64,000 bases of DNA from an uncultured Collinsella sp. (GCA_902496945.1 CABVDE010000002.1:6525-70524), one strand, 5' to 3'. Positions 39,597 through 49,870 are shown, counted from the stretch's first letter. The notes: generated by a model not told the origin, from the sequence alone. A program made the numbers and translations.

Positions 39597-40763
39597 TTAC
39601 TCGGCGTCGGTCTCCTCGTCCTTCTTCTCGGAAGGCAGCGGAGTAACCTCGATCTCGACGCCCAGAGTCTCAGCAGCGGACTTCATAGACAGGGAGATAC
39701 GACGACGGTCGAGGTCGATCTCCATGACCTTGACCTGAACCTTGTCGCCCACGTGGGTGACCTGAGAAGGCTGGTCGACGTGCTTGTTGGCCATCTCGGA
39801 GATGTGCACCAGGCCCTCGATGCCCTCGCCCAGATCGACGAAAGCGCCAAACGGGACAAGCTTGGTCACAGTGCCCTCGACGATAGCGCCGACGGGGTAC
39901 TTCTTGACCAGTGCGCGCCACGGATCCTCGGTGGTCTGCTTGAGACCCAGGGAGATGCGCTCGCGGTTGAGATCGACGTCGAGAACCTCGACCTCGACCT
40001 CCTGGCCGACCTTGACAACCTCGGAAGGATGGTTGACGTGGTTCCAGGAGAGCTCAGAGATGTGGATGAGACCGTCGATACCGCCGAGGTCGACGAAGGC
40101 GCCGAAGTCGACGATGGAGGAAACGGTGCCCTGGAGACGCATGCCAGACTTGAGCTTGGACAGGATCTCGGAACGCTCGGCCTTACGGGACTCCTCAAGC
40201 ACGACGCGACGGGAGAGAACGACGTTGTTGCGATTGCGGTCCATCTCGATGACGCGGGCCTCGATGCGGGTGCCCATGTAGGAGGTGAGGTCCTTGACGC
40301 GACGGAGGTCGACGAGGGAAGCGGGCAGGAAGCCACGCAGGCCGATGTCGAGGATCAGGCCGCCCTTGACAACCTCGATAACCTCGCCCTCGACGTTCTC
40401 GCCGGAGTTGAACTTCTCCTCGATGCGGTTCCAAGCACGCTCGTACTCGGCACGCTTCTTGGAAAGGACCAGACGACCGTCCTTGTCCTCCTTTTGGAGA
40501 ACCAGGGCCTCGATGGAATCACCGAGTGCAACGATGTCTGCAGGGTTAGCGTCCTTGCGGATGGACAGCTCGCGGACCGGGATAACGCCCTCGGACTTGA
40601 ATCCGATGTCAACGAGCACCTCGTCATGCTCAATCTTAACGACAGTACCGTTAACGAGATCGCCCTCATCAAAGTCGGTAATCGTACCGTCGATGAGGTT
40701 GTTCATCTCCTCCTCGTTGACATCGTCAAGAGAGAAAATGGACGAGTTCTGAATCTCACTCAA
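39597..40763 (-). CDS. rpsA: 30S ribosomal protein S1
   Basis: Four S1 repeats (DIGFKSEG, GFLPASLVD, FGAFVDLGG..LIHISELS, FGAFVDL..LVHISEM). Confidence 0.96.
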   Translation of the reverse strand: MSEIQNSSIFSLDDVNEEEMNNLIDGTITDFDEGDLVNGTVVKIEHDEVLVDIGFKSEGVIPVRELSIRKDANPADIVALGDSIEALVLQKEDKDGRLVLSKKRAEYERAWNRIEEKFNSGENVEGEVIEVVKGGLILDIGLRGFLPASLVDLRRVKDLTSYMGTRIEARVIEMDRNRNNVVLSRRVVLEESRKAERSEILSKLKSGMRLQGTVSSIVDFGAFVDLGGIDGLIHISELSWNHVNHPSEVVKVGQEVEVEVLDVDLNRERISLGLKQTTEDPWRALVKKYPVGAIVEGTVTKLVPFGAFVDLGEGIEGLVHISEMANKHVDQPSQVTHVGDKVQVKVMEIDLDRRRISLSMKSAAETLGVEIEVTPLPSEKKDEETDAE

Positions 40764-41078
40764 AGGTGGACCCCTTTCGAACTACGGGGCCCCGATTGCT
40801 AGGACCTACAGAAGGGTGCGACAAGCACACAACGTTTAGGAACACTCGGGAGCCGACAGATACTGATGTGACGCTTATGCAATCACGTCCGTATAGATTA
40901 CGGGGAAATCGCTTCGATTTCAAGCGTGAACTGCGATTTTTTACTCGTATGGAGACTTTTTCGCAATCTTGTGAACGACTGTCTCCACAAGTTGACGATG
41001 AGCAGCTAGGCACACTGCTTTGGGGTAAAGTATCCCAGACATACGATTCTGGAACGATTTTTCGAGAAAGGTGCCCGC

Positions 41079-41837
41079 GTGCTCAAAGCAGTCGTTTTCG
41101 ATATGGACGAGACGCTTCTTAGCATCAACCTCAACGCGTTCATCCTTCGCTATTTTAAGGATGTCTCGTCGATGCTCGCGGATATCGGACGTCGCAGCCG
41201 CGGGGGCACGATGGCGCGCCTCGGCACCATCCTGGTCGACCTCAACGCCAATCGCCGCAACAGCACGGACAATCGCACCAATCTTGAGTTTTACCAGACC
41301 GAGGTCGAGCGCCGGTGCGGCATTTGCCTCTCGGACCCACTTATCTACGAGGCGTTTACCTGCTACGATCACGAAGTTCTACCGTACAAGAACGATGACA
41401 TGATCAACGCAAAAGCCATGCCGGGTGCGCACGCCGCGCTTCAAGCCGTACAGGACGCAGGGCTGCGCTGCGCGCTCTTCACCAACCCCAGCTTTCCTCA
41501 AGGCGCCATCGAGTGCCGCATGGGCTGGGGCGAGCTGACAGACGCGCCCTTCGAGCTCGTAACGCACATGGGCAACGCCACGCGCTGCAAGCCCGATGCC
41601 ACATATTATCTAGAGCAGCTGCAGGTCATGGGGCTCGAGCCACATGAGGTCCTCATGGTGGGCAACGACCCCAAGCGCGATTTCCCCAGCCCCGACTGCG
41701 GCATTCAAACCGCCTATGTGGGCCAAGGAAAGCCCGGCCGAGCAACCTGGCGTGGAACCATGGAAGACTTCGCCCGCGACTTTAACGCCGTAGTAGAAGC
41801 CTTCTACGAGCACCAAATAGCCGACGAACTAAGCTAG
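41079..41837 (+). CDS. HAD family hydrolase
   Basis: FDMDETL motif I, KP motif III, MVGND motif IV. Confidence 0.85.
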   Translation: MLKAVVFDMDETLLSINLNAFILRYFKDVSSMLADIGRRSRGGTMARLGTILVDLNANRRNSTDNRTNLEFYQTEVERRCGICLSDPLIYEAFTCYDHEVLPYKNDDMINAKAMPGAHAALQAVQDAGLRCALFTNPSFPQGAIECRMGWGELTDAPFELVTHMGNATRCKPDATYYLEQLQVMGLEPHEVLMVGNDPKRDFPSPDCGIQTAYVGQGKPGRATWRGTMEDFARDFNAVVEAFYEHQIADELS

Positions 41838-41924
41838 TCCCCAAATCAGGAATGGGGCGCACATTTGCCCCACGCTTCGTTACGTGGGCAACGGCTTGAG
41901 GGCAAGATGCGATGCCCCAGTGTC

Positions 41925-42380
41925 CTAGGCCGTGATCATTTTGACGCGTTCGCCGATTTTGGCGTCGCGCTTGTCGGAAATAACAGTAAAGCCCTCCAGG
42001 TCGCACACCTTTACATTTGAAAACACGTGGAACTTGGAGCTATCGGCGAGTACGTAACTCGCTTGGGAATTCTGCATCACGATACGTTTTTTGATAGCCT
42101 CGGGATAACCTGGCGTCATGATGCCGCGGTCCTCGTCCACCGCGTTGACACCTATAAACGCCCGGTCAAAGTACAGCTCGCGCAGCGCGCTCTCAACCAT
42201 AGGACCGGTGAGCGAGCAGGTAACGGGGTTGAAGTCGCCGCCAATTACCACCACCTTAGCAGCAAGCTCGCCCGTAAACCGACATGCATAGCCGTTGGTG
42301 GTGTAGATAGTCACCGGCTTGTCGACGAGCAGGCTCAGGAGCGCCGTCGCGGTGGTACCGGAGTCGACAGCGAGATGAGA
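41925..42380 (-). pseudogene. 5'-truncated DeoR/GlpR regulator (sensor domain only)
   Basis: LAVDSGTT..TIYTTNG..GG..FDRAFIGVN..LADSSKF; the frame meets a TGA upstream, with no HTH. Confidence 0.75.
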
Positions 42381-42612
42381 CCGTCACGCCCGAAGACCCC
42401 GCTTTCGCCGCCGAGGAGCGCGCGGCGCACGTGGCCCATGAGGAGCGGCTCGAGCATATCGAGGGGCTCCTTCCCAAGAAGGGAAACGACCCTGCGGGAC
42501 GACACGGCGAAAACCATCGTTGATTCCGGCAAGAGACGCCGTTTCTCTGGTAGCTTCATCTTCAACCAAGACCGACAATGCCGGCCAGGCACTCAACCCA
42601 AAAGGAGACAGC

Positions 42613-43662
42613 ATGCCCAACGAGCTCAGCTATGAGGTCAGCCTCGAGCGCAGCAACCAGATCCGCGCCGACCTGCCGCAGCACCCCGAGAAGTACACCA
42701 TGCTCACCGGCGACCGCCCCACCGGCCGTCTGCACCTGGGCCACTACTTCGGCACGCTCAAGAGCCGTGTCGAGCTGCAGGACATGGGCGTCCACACCAA
42801 CGTGCTCATCGCCGACTACCAGGTCATCACCGACCGCGACAGCACCGATAACATCTAGGACAACGTCTACAACATGGTCATCGACTACCTGGCCTGCGGC
42901 CTGGACCCCGACAAGACGATGATCTACACGCACTCCGCCGTGCCCGCGGCAAACCAGCTCATGCTGCCGTTCTTGTCGCTCGTCTCCGAGGCCCTGCTGC
43001 AGCGCAACCCCACCGTCAAGGCCGAGATGGAGGCCAGCGGCCATGAGCTCACCGGCCTTTTGCTCACCTACCCCGTGCACCAGGCGTGCGACATCTTGTT
43101 CTGCAAGGGCAACGTGGTGCCGGTCGGGCGCGACCAGCTGCCGCACATCGAGCTCACCCGCACCATCGCACGCAAGTTCAACAACCGCTACGGCAAGGTG
43201 TTCTCCGAGGTCGACGCGCTGCTGTCCGACACGCCGCTGCTGCCCGGCTTGGACGGGCGCAAGATGAGCAAGTCTTACGGCAACGCCATCAACATCTCGA
43301 TGACGGCCGAGGAGACCGCCAAGCGCATCAAGAAGAGCCAGACCGACGGCGAGCGTATGATCACGTTCGACCCCGAAGCCCGTCCCGGTGTGTCCGGCCT
43401 GCTCTCCACCGCCGCGATCTGCACCGGCCGCTCCGAGGTCGAGATCGCCGAAGAGATCGGCATGGGCGGCTCCGGCCAGCTCAAGAAGTACGTCACCGAA
43501 AGCGTGAACGAGTACTTTGCCCCCATCCGCGCCCGCCGCGAGGAACTGGTCCAGGATATGGACTACGTCAAGGACGTCCTACGCGAGGGCAATCGCCGTG
43601 CCAACGAGGTCGCCGAGGCGACGCTCGCCGAGGTACGCGAAGCCATGGGCATGGTGTACTAG
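42613..43662 (+). pseudogene. trpS: Tryptophan--tRNA ligase interrupted by an in-frame TAG (42856-42858)
   Basis: AAGGAG RBS, LTGDRPTGRLHLGHY before the stop; YPVHQACDI, VPVGRDQ, KMSKS after it, in the same frame. Confidence 0.85.
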
Positions 43663-43663
43663 C

Positions 43664-44494
43664 ATGTACCGCCTTGTTGCAAGCGATATGGACGAGACCT
43701 TCCTCAACTCCAATCACGCCATCCCCGAGGTGAACTTCCGCGCGCTCAAGCGCATGAAGGAGCTGGGGGTTCTGTTCGTCCCCTCAAGCGGGCGCTGGTA
43801 CTCGTCCATCATGCACAATTTCGCGACCGTCGATGCGTCGTTGCTCGAAGGCGGATACGTTCTGTCGTACAACGGCGGGTTTATCAACCGCGTGGGCGAC
43901 CCCTGCCCGCTCACCACCTGCGGACTCTCGCGCGACTGTGCCGAGCAGCTCTATCAAAAGGGCCTTGAGCTGGGGCTTAGCATGCACATCAACGTCGCCG
44001 ACGGACACGTCTTCGTGCCCGATGCGGACGACGACGAGCGTGCGTACCTCACCTCGATCAGCGGCGTGGCGCATATCTCGAGCGCAGACCACCCCGACCT
44101 GTCCTTCCTGGATGGGCGCGACATCGTGAAGATCCTGTTTGTGAACAGGGACTTTGACGCACTGCAGAAGCTCGGGGGCGATCTTGAGCCCCTGGCGCAG
44201 CGCCTTGGCGTCGAGATCACGTTCTCCTCGAAGCGCTACCTCGAGTTCATGCCCGCAGGCGTGAACAAGGGAGCCGGCCTGATGCGCCTGGCCGAGATGC
44301 TCGGTATCCCCATGAGCGAGGTTATCGCGGTGGGTGACTCCGCCAACGACCTCTCCATGATCCAGGCCGCCGGACTCGGCGTGGGCGTGGCGAACGTCAC
44401 CGACGACGTGCGCCCCCACTGCGACGCCGTGCTCGAGACCACGGGCATGGACGGCGCGTTTGAGGAGCTTGTCGAGAGGTTCTTGGAGGCGTAG
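43664..44494 (+). CDS. Cof-type HAD-IIB hydrolase
   Basis: ASDMDETF, SSGR, YNGG, GVNKG, GDSANDLSM. Confidence 0.9.
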   Translation: MYRLVASDMDETFLNSNHAIPEVNFRALKRMKELGVLFVPSSGRWYSSIMHNFATVDASLLEGGYVLSYNGGFINRVGDPCPLTTCGLSRDCAEQLYQKGLELGLSMHINVADGHVFVPDADDDERAYLTSISGVAHISSADHPDLSFLDGRDIVKILFVNRDFDALQKLGGDLEPLAQRLGVEITFSSKRYLEFMPAGVNKGAGLMRLAEMLGIPMSEVIAVGDSANDLSMIQAAGLGVGVANVTDDVRPHCDAVLETTGMDGAFEELVERFLEA

Positions 44495-44545
44495 CGCGTC
44501 CGCTGCTCGCGGGCGCGCCGATACCCGCGCACTGAAAGGTTTGTG

Positions 44546-44878
44546 ATGACTGATAGGAACCGCGAGGGCTTCTTCGAGAGCGTCTACGAGATGGTCGCAC
44601 AGGTTCCCGCGGGCATGGTCACCACCTACGGGCAGATCGCCAAGCTCGTCGGCGAGCCCAGGCGAGCCCGTTACGTGGGATATGCCCTGCACGTCAACCC
44701 TCAACCGGGCGTCATCCCCTGCCATCGCATCGTGTTTGCCGACGGCCGCCTCGCTGCGGGCTTCGCCTTTGGCGGACCTGAGGCGCAACGTGAGCTGCTC
44801 GAAGCCGAGGGTGTCGAATTTCTCGACGACGGCCGAGTCGACCTCACCCGGTACCGCTGGCCTGCGGGCGTGATGTAG
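44546..44878 (+). CDS. Methylated-DNA--protein-cysteine methyltransferase family protein
   Basis: TYGQIA, RARYVG, PCHRIV active-site motif, LLEAEGV. Confidence 0.88.
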   Translation: MTDRNREGFFESVYEMVAQVPAGMVTTYGQIAKLVGEPRRARYVGYALHVNPQPGVIPCHRIVFADGRLAAGFAFGGPEAQRELLEAEGVEFLDDGRVDLTRYRWPAGVM

Positions 44879-45233
44879 GGGCGCGAGGAGCGGCAGGCAG
44901 GCCCGGTCCCCGGCAGTGCCCATACCACCCGCGGGCATGCGCACCGTGAAGCGCTCGAAGACGTCTGTCGCCTCGCTGCGCTCGCGCGCGCCGCGGCGAG
45001 CGACCCACGCAATCAGCGGGCCGACGATGAACACGGTCATACCGACGCGCAGAATGGATTCGAGCAGATTACTCATAGGGGCCACCGCCTCGGGCTCTGG
45101 AGATTAACTGCAGGAAACGCTGCCAGAACGATGGGATGCGCACAACGTAAGGAGCCGCGTATCGGCAAGCGGCGGCATCGCAATCGCCCGGCGAACAGAT
45201 GATGATCGGCGCCGGGCCAGACGAATTAAACAA

Positions 45234-45279
45234 AAGGGTGGTCGACGGCGCCCTCGCAGGCGCACCGTCGACCACCCTT
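45234..45279 (-). terminator. Rho-independent terminator of the mef-like gene
   Basis: 15-bp arms AAGGGTGGTCGACGG / CCGTCGACCACCCTT with a T-tract on the minus strand. Confidence 0.75.
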
Positions 45280-45333
45280 CACGTCGCAGCGACCCTACGA
45301 GCCGTCCGAAACGAAACGCACTCCGCCAGAGCG

Positions 45334-46584
45334 CTACCCAATCTTGCGGATGCTCGGGATCGCCCAGGTGATGCCTGCTAGGATCACCATTGCAGCACCG
45401 ATGAGCACGAAGCACGCGCTTACGCCGATGGCGTCCGCGAACAAGGTCGATGCGACGAGCCCCACGGGCATAGCCCAGCTGCAGACCGCTCCGTACAGAC
45501 CGAAGACGCGGCCCATGCACTCGGGATCGACGCGCTCCTGCATGAGCGCCATCTGCGGCGCGCTGTACAGCGGACTCGAGACCCCCATCGCGAACGTAAG
45601 CCCCAGAAACACAACGAGCGCGGAAGGGGGCACGAGGCCGCCCGCGAGCGTGCCCGCTCCGAAGAGGCCGATGGCCAGCGTGCACGAAAGAGCGCGGTTC
45701 TTAAGGCCACCCGTCGCCCCGATCCAGCCGCTCGCCGCGATCATGCCGACCGAGAACGCGATCTCCGCGATAGCCGACTGCGTAGTGGTGCCCCCAAAAT
45801 GGTCGAACACCATGAGCGGGAACAGCGCGGATATGGGCGAGAACAGGACCGAGAAGGCGAAGCCGATCCAGAGCATGGCGAACAGACCGTGATGGCGTTT
45901 GAGCTCGCGGTACCCGTTGGCCGTCTCCAATAGGAAGGCCCGCACCGCGCGGTGCGACGCCTCGGCGTTCTCCTCGGGCGTATGGCGCTCGGGCGCCGGC
46001 GTCTTGATGCCGGAGGTCGCCACCGCGATGCTCGCGAGCACCGCCCCGGCGACATCGAGCGCGATCATGAAAGTCAGACCAAACGCCGGGTAGACCGCCG
46101 CGGCGATGGCGTTGCCGATGATATAGCTACCCGACTGCATGAACTGCAGCATGCCCGCCAGCTTGCCGAGCACCTCGGGCGGGGCGATGAGCGGTGTGAG
46201 CGCGTTGAAGGCGGGCGTATGGAGCGTGCTGCCCAGCGCACGGACGAACAGCACCGCCGCCACAACGGCGACAGAAAGGTCGCCCCGAAGCGAGCCGAAG
46301 ACAAGCGTGAGGCTCACGGCCGCGATGAAGAGATCGGCGCCGATCATGAGACGCTTGATGGACGTGCGGTCCACGATGGTGCCCGCGAAGGCGCCGAGGA
46401 GCGCCATGGGCAAGAAGGCCGCCAGGCTCACGAACGACAGGGCGCTCGCGGAGCCGGTGGTGAGGGTGACGTGCCAGATGAGACCCATCTGCAGAATGGA
46501 GCTCGTGAGCACGGAGAAGAACTCGCCGATCCAGACGATGGCGAGCGAGCGCTTCCAAGAAGCGCAGGGATTCGGTTGTGTCAT
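45334..46584 (-). CDS. Mef(A)-like MFS efflux protein (DHA3 family)
   Basis: WIGEFFSVLTSSILQMGLIW..TGSA..FLP..IVDR..MIGADLFIA and PISALFPLM resemble Mef-type pumps as I recall them. Confidence 0.8.
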   Translation of the reverse strand: MTQPNPCASWKRSLAIVWIGEFFSVLTSSILQMGLIWHVTLTTGSASALSFVSLAAFLPMALLGAFAGTIVDRTSIKRLMIGADLFIAAVSLTLVFGSLRGDLSVAVVAAVLFVRALGSTLHTPAFNALTPLIAPPEVLGKLAGMLQFMQSGSYIIGNAIAAAVYPAFGLTFMIALDVAGAVLASIAVATSGIKTPAPERHTPEENAEASHRAVRAFLLETANGYRELKRHHGLFAMLWIGFAFSVLFSPISALFPLMVFDHFGGTTTQSAIAEIAFSVGMIAASGWIGATGGLKNRALSCTLAIGLFGAGTLAGGLVPPSALVVFLGLTFAMGVSSPLYSAPQMALMQERVDPECMGRVFGLYGAVCSWAMPVGLVASTLFADAIGVSACFVLIGAAMVILAGITWAIPSIRKIG

Positions 46585-46647
46585 GGAATAATCCTTTGAT
46601 GCGATCGGTGGTATGCAGCGAAGTACCGGTCGCTCACGCGACCGTGG

Positions 46648-46677
46648 CTAGAGCCAAATCCTCATAGAAGCAAGCAT
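46648..46677 (-). CDS. Putative leader peptide MLASMRIWL upstream of the mef-like gene
   Basis: AAAGGGGAG RBS, ATG CTT GCT TCT ATG AGG ATT TGG CTC TAG. Confidence 0.7.
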   Translation of the reverse strand: MLASMRIWL

Positions 46678-46731
46678 GGTGCAGCTCCCCTTTCCAAATC
46701 TAGAGGTAAACCTTCAGCCGTGAGTGGAGCT

Positions 46732-46760
46732 ATTATAGGGACTTGCGAGCCAAGATGCAA
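46732..46760 (-). promoter_or_regulatory. Sigma70-type promoter for the leader and mef-like gene
   Basis: TTGCAT-N17-TATAAT on the minus strand. Confidence 0.65.
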
Positions 46761-46836
46761 CAGGAAGACCTCTACGGAGCGTAGATGCCGGGCGCCCCGA
46801 ACCACTTATGCCATGAGAGACGGCATCCGATTCTCC

Positions 46837-46865
46837 TTGACTTGGTCTCAATGTGATATCACAAT
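46837..46865 (+). promoter_or_regulatory. Promoter with overlapping palindromic operator TGTGATATCACA (46852-46863)
   Basis: TTGACT-N17-CACAAT; a 12-bp perfect palindrome overlaps the spacer and -10. Confidence 0.55.
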
Positions 46866-46978
46866 GCAATCAGCAGTCGCACGGACTGCTCGGGGACTCG
46901 CCTCCTCCCCATCGCAATCTGGAGCGCGGCGCCGGGGACGTCACGCAAACGCCGGCGCAGTCATGAAAGGAACTCACA

Positions 46979-47998
46979 ATGAGCGTGGAAAAGCAACTCA
47001 AGGCCAAGTCGGGCTACGGCATGCTCGTCGCCGTGGCGGTGGCGCTCATCGTCATCATCGGCCTCTTTATCTGGAGCACCATCGGGCTCGCGAGCACGCC
47101 CGACGGCGTCGACGCGCCCGCAGTCTACGGATGGGGGCTCGGCCTCAGCATCCTCGCGTTTTGCCTGTGGTTCATCCCACTCAACGGATTCTTCTCGCTG
47201 CAGCCCGGCCAGGCGCGCGTGTGCATCCTGTTCGGCAAGTACGTGGGCACCGTCCGCGACGAGGGCTTCTTCTGGGCCAACCCGTTCTTTAGCAAGAGCA
47301 TGGGCGGATCGGCCGGGATCGGCGAGATGATCGAGCTCGAGATGAGCGATTCCAAGGCCGCCAAGGCCGCGGCGCAGAAGGCCGCCAAGGGCAACCCCAC
47401 CACTATCTCCACCCGCGTGCGCACCCTGAATGGCGAGCGCCTGAAGGTCAACGACAAAATGGGCAACCCCATCGAGATCGCAACCGTCGTGGTGTGGCAC
47501 GTCGCCGATACCGCCAAGGCGCTCTTCGACGTCGACGACTACCAGAGCTATGTCGCCATGCAGGCCGAGACGGCGCTGCGCCACGTGGCGAGCGTGTACG
47601 CCTACGACCATCTTGAGGACGAGTCCGATGCCGCCGGCGCCATCACGCTGCGCGCCAATGTGGAAGAGGTCTCCGAAGCCCTGCGCCGCGAGCTCGCGAT
47701 GCGCCTGGCACCCGCCGGCGTGGATGTCGACGACGCCCGCCTCACCCATCTTGCCTACTCCCCCGAGATCGCCCAGGCGATGCTGCGCCGCCAGCAGGCC
47801 GAGGCCGTCATCGCCGCGCGCAAGAAGATCGTCGAGGGCGCGGTTTCCATGGTCGACATGGCCGTGAAGGAGATGGCTGCCGGCGGCACCATCGAGCTGG
47901 ACGACGAGCGCAAGGCGCAGATGGCCAGCAACCTCATGGTGGTGCTCTGCGGTGAATCCGAGGCGCACCCGGTGCTCAACGCAGGCTCGCTGTACTAA
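46979..47998 (+). CDS. SPFH/band-7 domain membrane protein
   Basis: Two N-terminal TM segments, FGKYVGT, KVNDKMGNPIEIA, LAYSPEIAQAMLRRQQA, SNLMVVLC. Confidence 0.9.
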   Translation: MSVEKQLKAKSGYGMLVAVAVALIVIIGLFIWSTIGLASTPDGVDAPAVYGWGLGLSILAFCLWFIPLNGFFSLQPGQARVCILFGKYVGTVRDEGFFWANPFFSKSMGGSAGIGEMIELEMSDSKAAKAAAQKAAKGNPTTISTRVRTLNGERLKVNDKMGNPIEIATVVVWHVADTAKALFDVDDYQSYVAMQAETALRHVASVYAYDHLEDESDAAGAITLRANVEEVSEALRRELAMRLAPAGVDVDDARLTHLAYSPEIAQAMLRRQQAEAVIAARKKIVEGAVSMVDMAVKEMAAGGTIELDDERKAQMASNLMVVLCGESEAHPVLNAGSLY

Positions 47999-48061
47999 CC
48001 CCAACACCAATGAGTAATTTGGGACGGGTGCAGAATTGCACATTCGACAAGAAGGCACGTC

Positions 48062-48253
48062 ATGGCACGCAAGCAGTATCCACTCCGTATAGACCCCGCT
48101 ATCTGGGAGGCCGTCCAACGCTGGGCGGACGATGAGATGCGCAGCGCCAACGGTCAGGTGGAATGGATCTTGCGAGACGCCCTCAAACGCGCGGGAAGGC
48201 TGCCAAAGAAAGAGCCCTCGTCCAAGAACGCGCCCAAAGGCGAGGAGGGCTAA
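48062..48253 (+). CDS. Small Arc-like ribbon-helix-helix DNA-binding protein
   Basis: RKQYPLRIDP..WADDEMRSANGQVEWILR. Confidence 0.8.
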   Translation: MARKQYPLRIDPAIWEAVQRWADDEMRSANGQVEWILRDALKRAGRLPKKEPSSKNAPKGEEG

Positions 48254-48599
48254 GCCGGGAAGACAGGGCTCGGCCGCTGCCGACTTCGGGGCAAAGCCGC
48301 GCTCTGCCTCGCCAGCGCCGAGGCAGAGCTGAGCCCCGCCGCTCCAAAGTCGAGCCGAGCGGCGGGGCCAACACCAACCCAAAGCAAGCTCGCCCCCTCT
48401 ATACGCACCAACCAGTCCCCGGAGGCATCCGCCTTTGGGGACCGTTCTTTTCCCAGCTAGATGTCGTATATAAAGCCTTTTGACAGCTCGATTTTGCCCC
48501 GTGGGGGTCAAATATAAAGACCTTTGATGGTACGATGCTCGCGTCAATGACATGGTGGCTCTCGACAGGGGTCACCCCGACCCTCTAGGGAGCAAACGC

Positions 48600-49220
48600 A
48601 TGGAGCTGGGCTCGCACATCAAGGAGCATCGCACGGAGCTCGGACTGTCCCAAGACGATCTGGCGGAGCGCATCTACGTGTCGCGCCAGACCATCAGCAA
48701 CTGGGAGTGCGGCCGTACGTATCCGGATGTCCAGAGCCTGCTGCTGCTTTCCAACGTGTTCGGGGTGACCGTGGACTCCCTCATCAAAGGAGATGTGGAA
48801 ACCATGGCACAGGTAATGAACGAAGCGGTCAAGAAGTACAACGCCCTCTCCACAATCACGGTCGTGAGCGCGGTCGTGTTTTTGGTGCTGAGCGCGTGGG
48901 CGGCGTTCCAGTTCGAATGGGGCTGGGGCATGCACATCGCGCCCACCGCGGCGTTTGCCGCCGTGGCGCTCGTCGTGATGCTCGTGGCGTTCGTGTATAT
49001 GGAACGCATGAAGAAGCAGCACGACCTCGTCACGTACCGCGAGGTGTTGGCGTTTAGCCGCGGCGAGCAGGTCGATCGCGACACGCTCGAGGGGCGCCGT
49101 GAGCGCGAGATGAACCCTTGGGTCAAGGGCACGCGCAACGCGGTGCAGATCATCATCGGCGCCATCGCCGGCGGACTGGTGGGCGTCGGCATCGGCATGC
49201 TCGCCAAGATGCTGAGTTAA
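48600..49220 (+). CDS. XRE-family HTH regulator with C-terminal TM helices
   Basis: LSQDDLAERIYVSRQTISNWE..YPDVQSL followed by three hydrophobic segments. Confidence 0.85.
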   Translation: MELGSHIKEHRTELGLSQDDLAERIYVSRQTISNWECGRTYPDVQSLLLLSNVFGVTVDSLIKGDVETMAQVMNEAVKKYNALSTITVVSAVVFLVLSAWAAFQFEWGWGMHIAPTAAFAAVALVVMLVAFVYMERMKKQHDLVTYREVLAFSRGEQVDRDTLEGRREREMNPWVKGTRNAVQIIIGAIAGGLVGVGIGMLAKMLS

Positions 49221-49320
49221 AAGCGCGGGTACGCACCCGTTCCCCGAAATGGTATCCCCCTTAGCCCCCATTCTGAAGATGTATGCCAGAATGGGGGCGA
49301 TTCCCGTTAGGAGGTGCCCC

Positions 49321-49674
49321 ATGAACGTCACCGTACGCGCGTCCCTCATCGCATTGATCGCAATCGTTGGCGCCTGCTGGGCAATCCCCGTCCTCCTGGT
49401 GAGCATCGTCCCATCCGATGCCGGCATGATCGCCATGATGGCGCTGATCTACCTCGTGCTCCCCGCAACTGCAATCACCCTCGGCCTGCTCGCCGCGAAC
49501 TCCGCGAGGACGCTCTTCTGGGTACCCGCAGCGCTCGGAATCGGACCCGCGCTCCTGTTTCCCCTCGCGGTCGAGGGCAGCCGGGACCTTGCGTTCCATG
49601 GGGTTGCCTATACCGCAATCGGCTACGCCGCCATGGGCCTGCGCACTTGGACGATTGCTCGACAACATCGCTAA
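49321..49674 (+). CDS. Hypothetical 4-TM membrane protein
   Basis: AGGAGG RBS; 117 aa, four hydrophobic segments. Confidence 0.65.
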   Translation: MNVTVRASLIALIAIVGACWAIPVLLVSIVPSDAGMIAMMALIYLVLPATAITLGLLAANSARTLFWVPAALGIGPALLFPLAVEGSRDLAFHGVAYTAIGYAAMGLRTWTIARQHR

Positions 49675-49870
49675 GCCATCGCCCCGCAAGCCTCCACAAG
49701 CCAGATCTCCCCGCGGCGATGGCACGCATCGCAGCAACAATCATGCAGGTAAACCCCGCGCAAAACAGTTTTTGCAGCGGTCGGCGGGCCTTGCCGCATA
49801 TGATGTACAACAGATTCGATAGCGCACCCGATGTGTTCGCGGGACGCTCCTTCACGACCGGGAGGTGACG

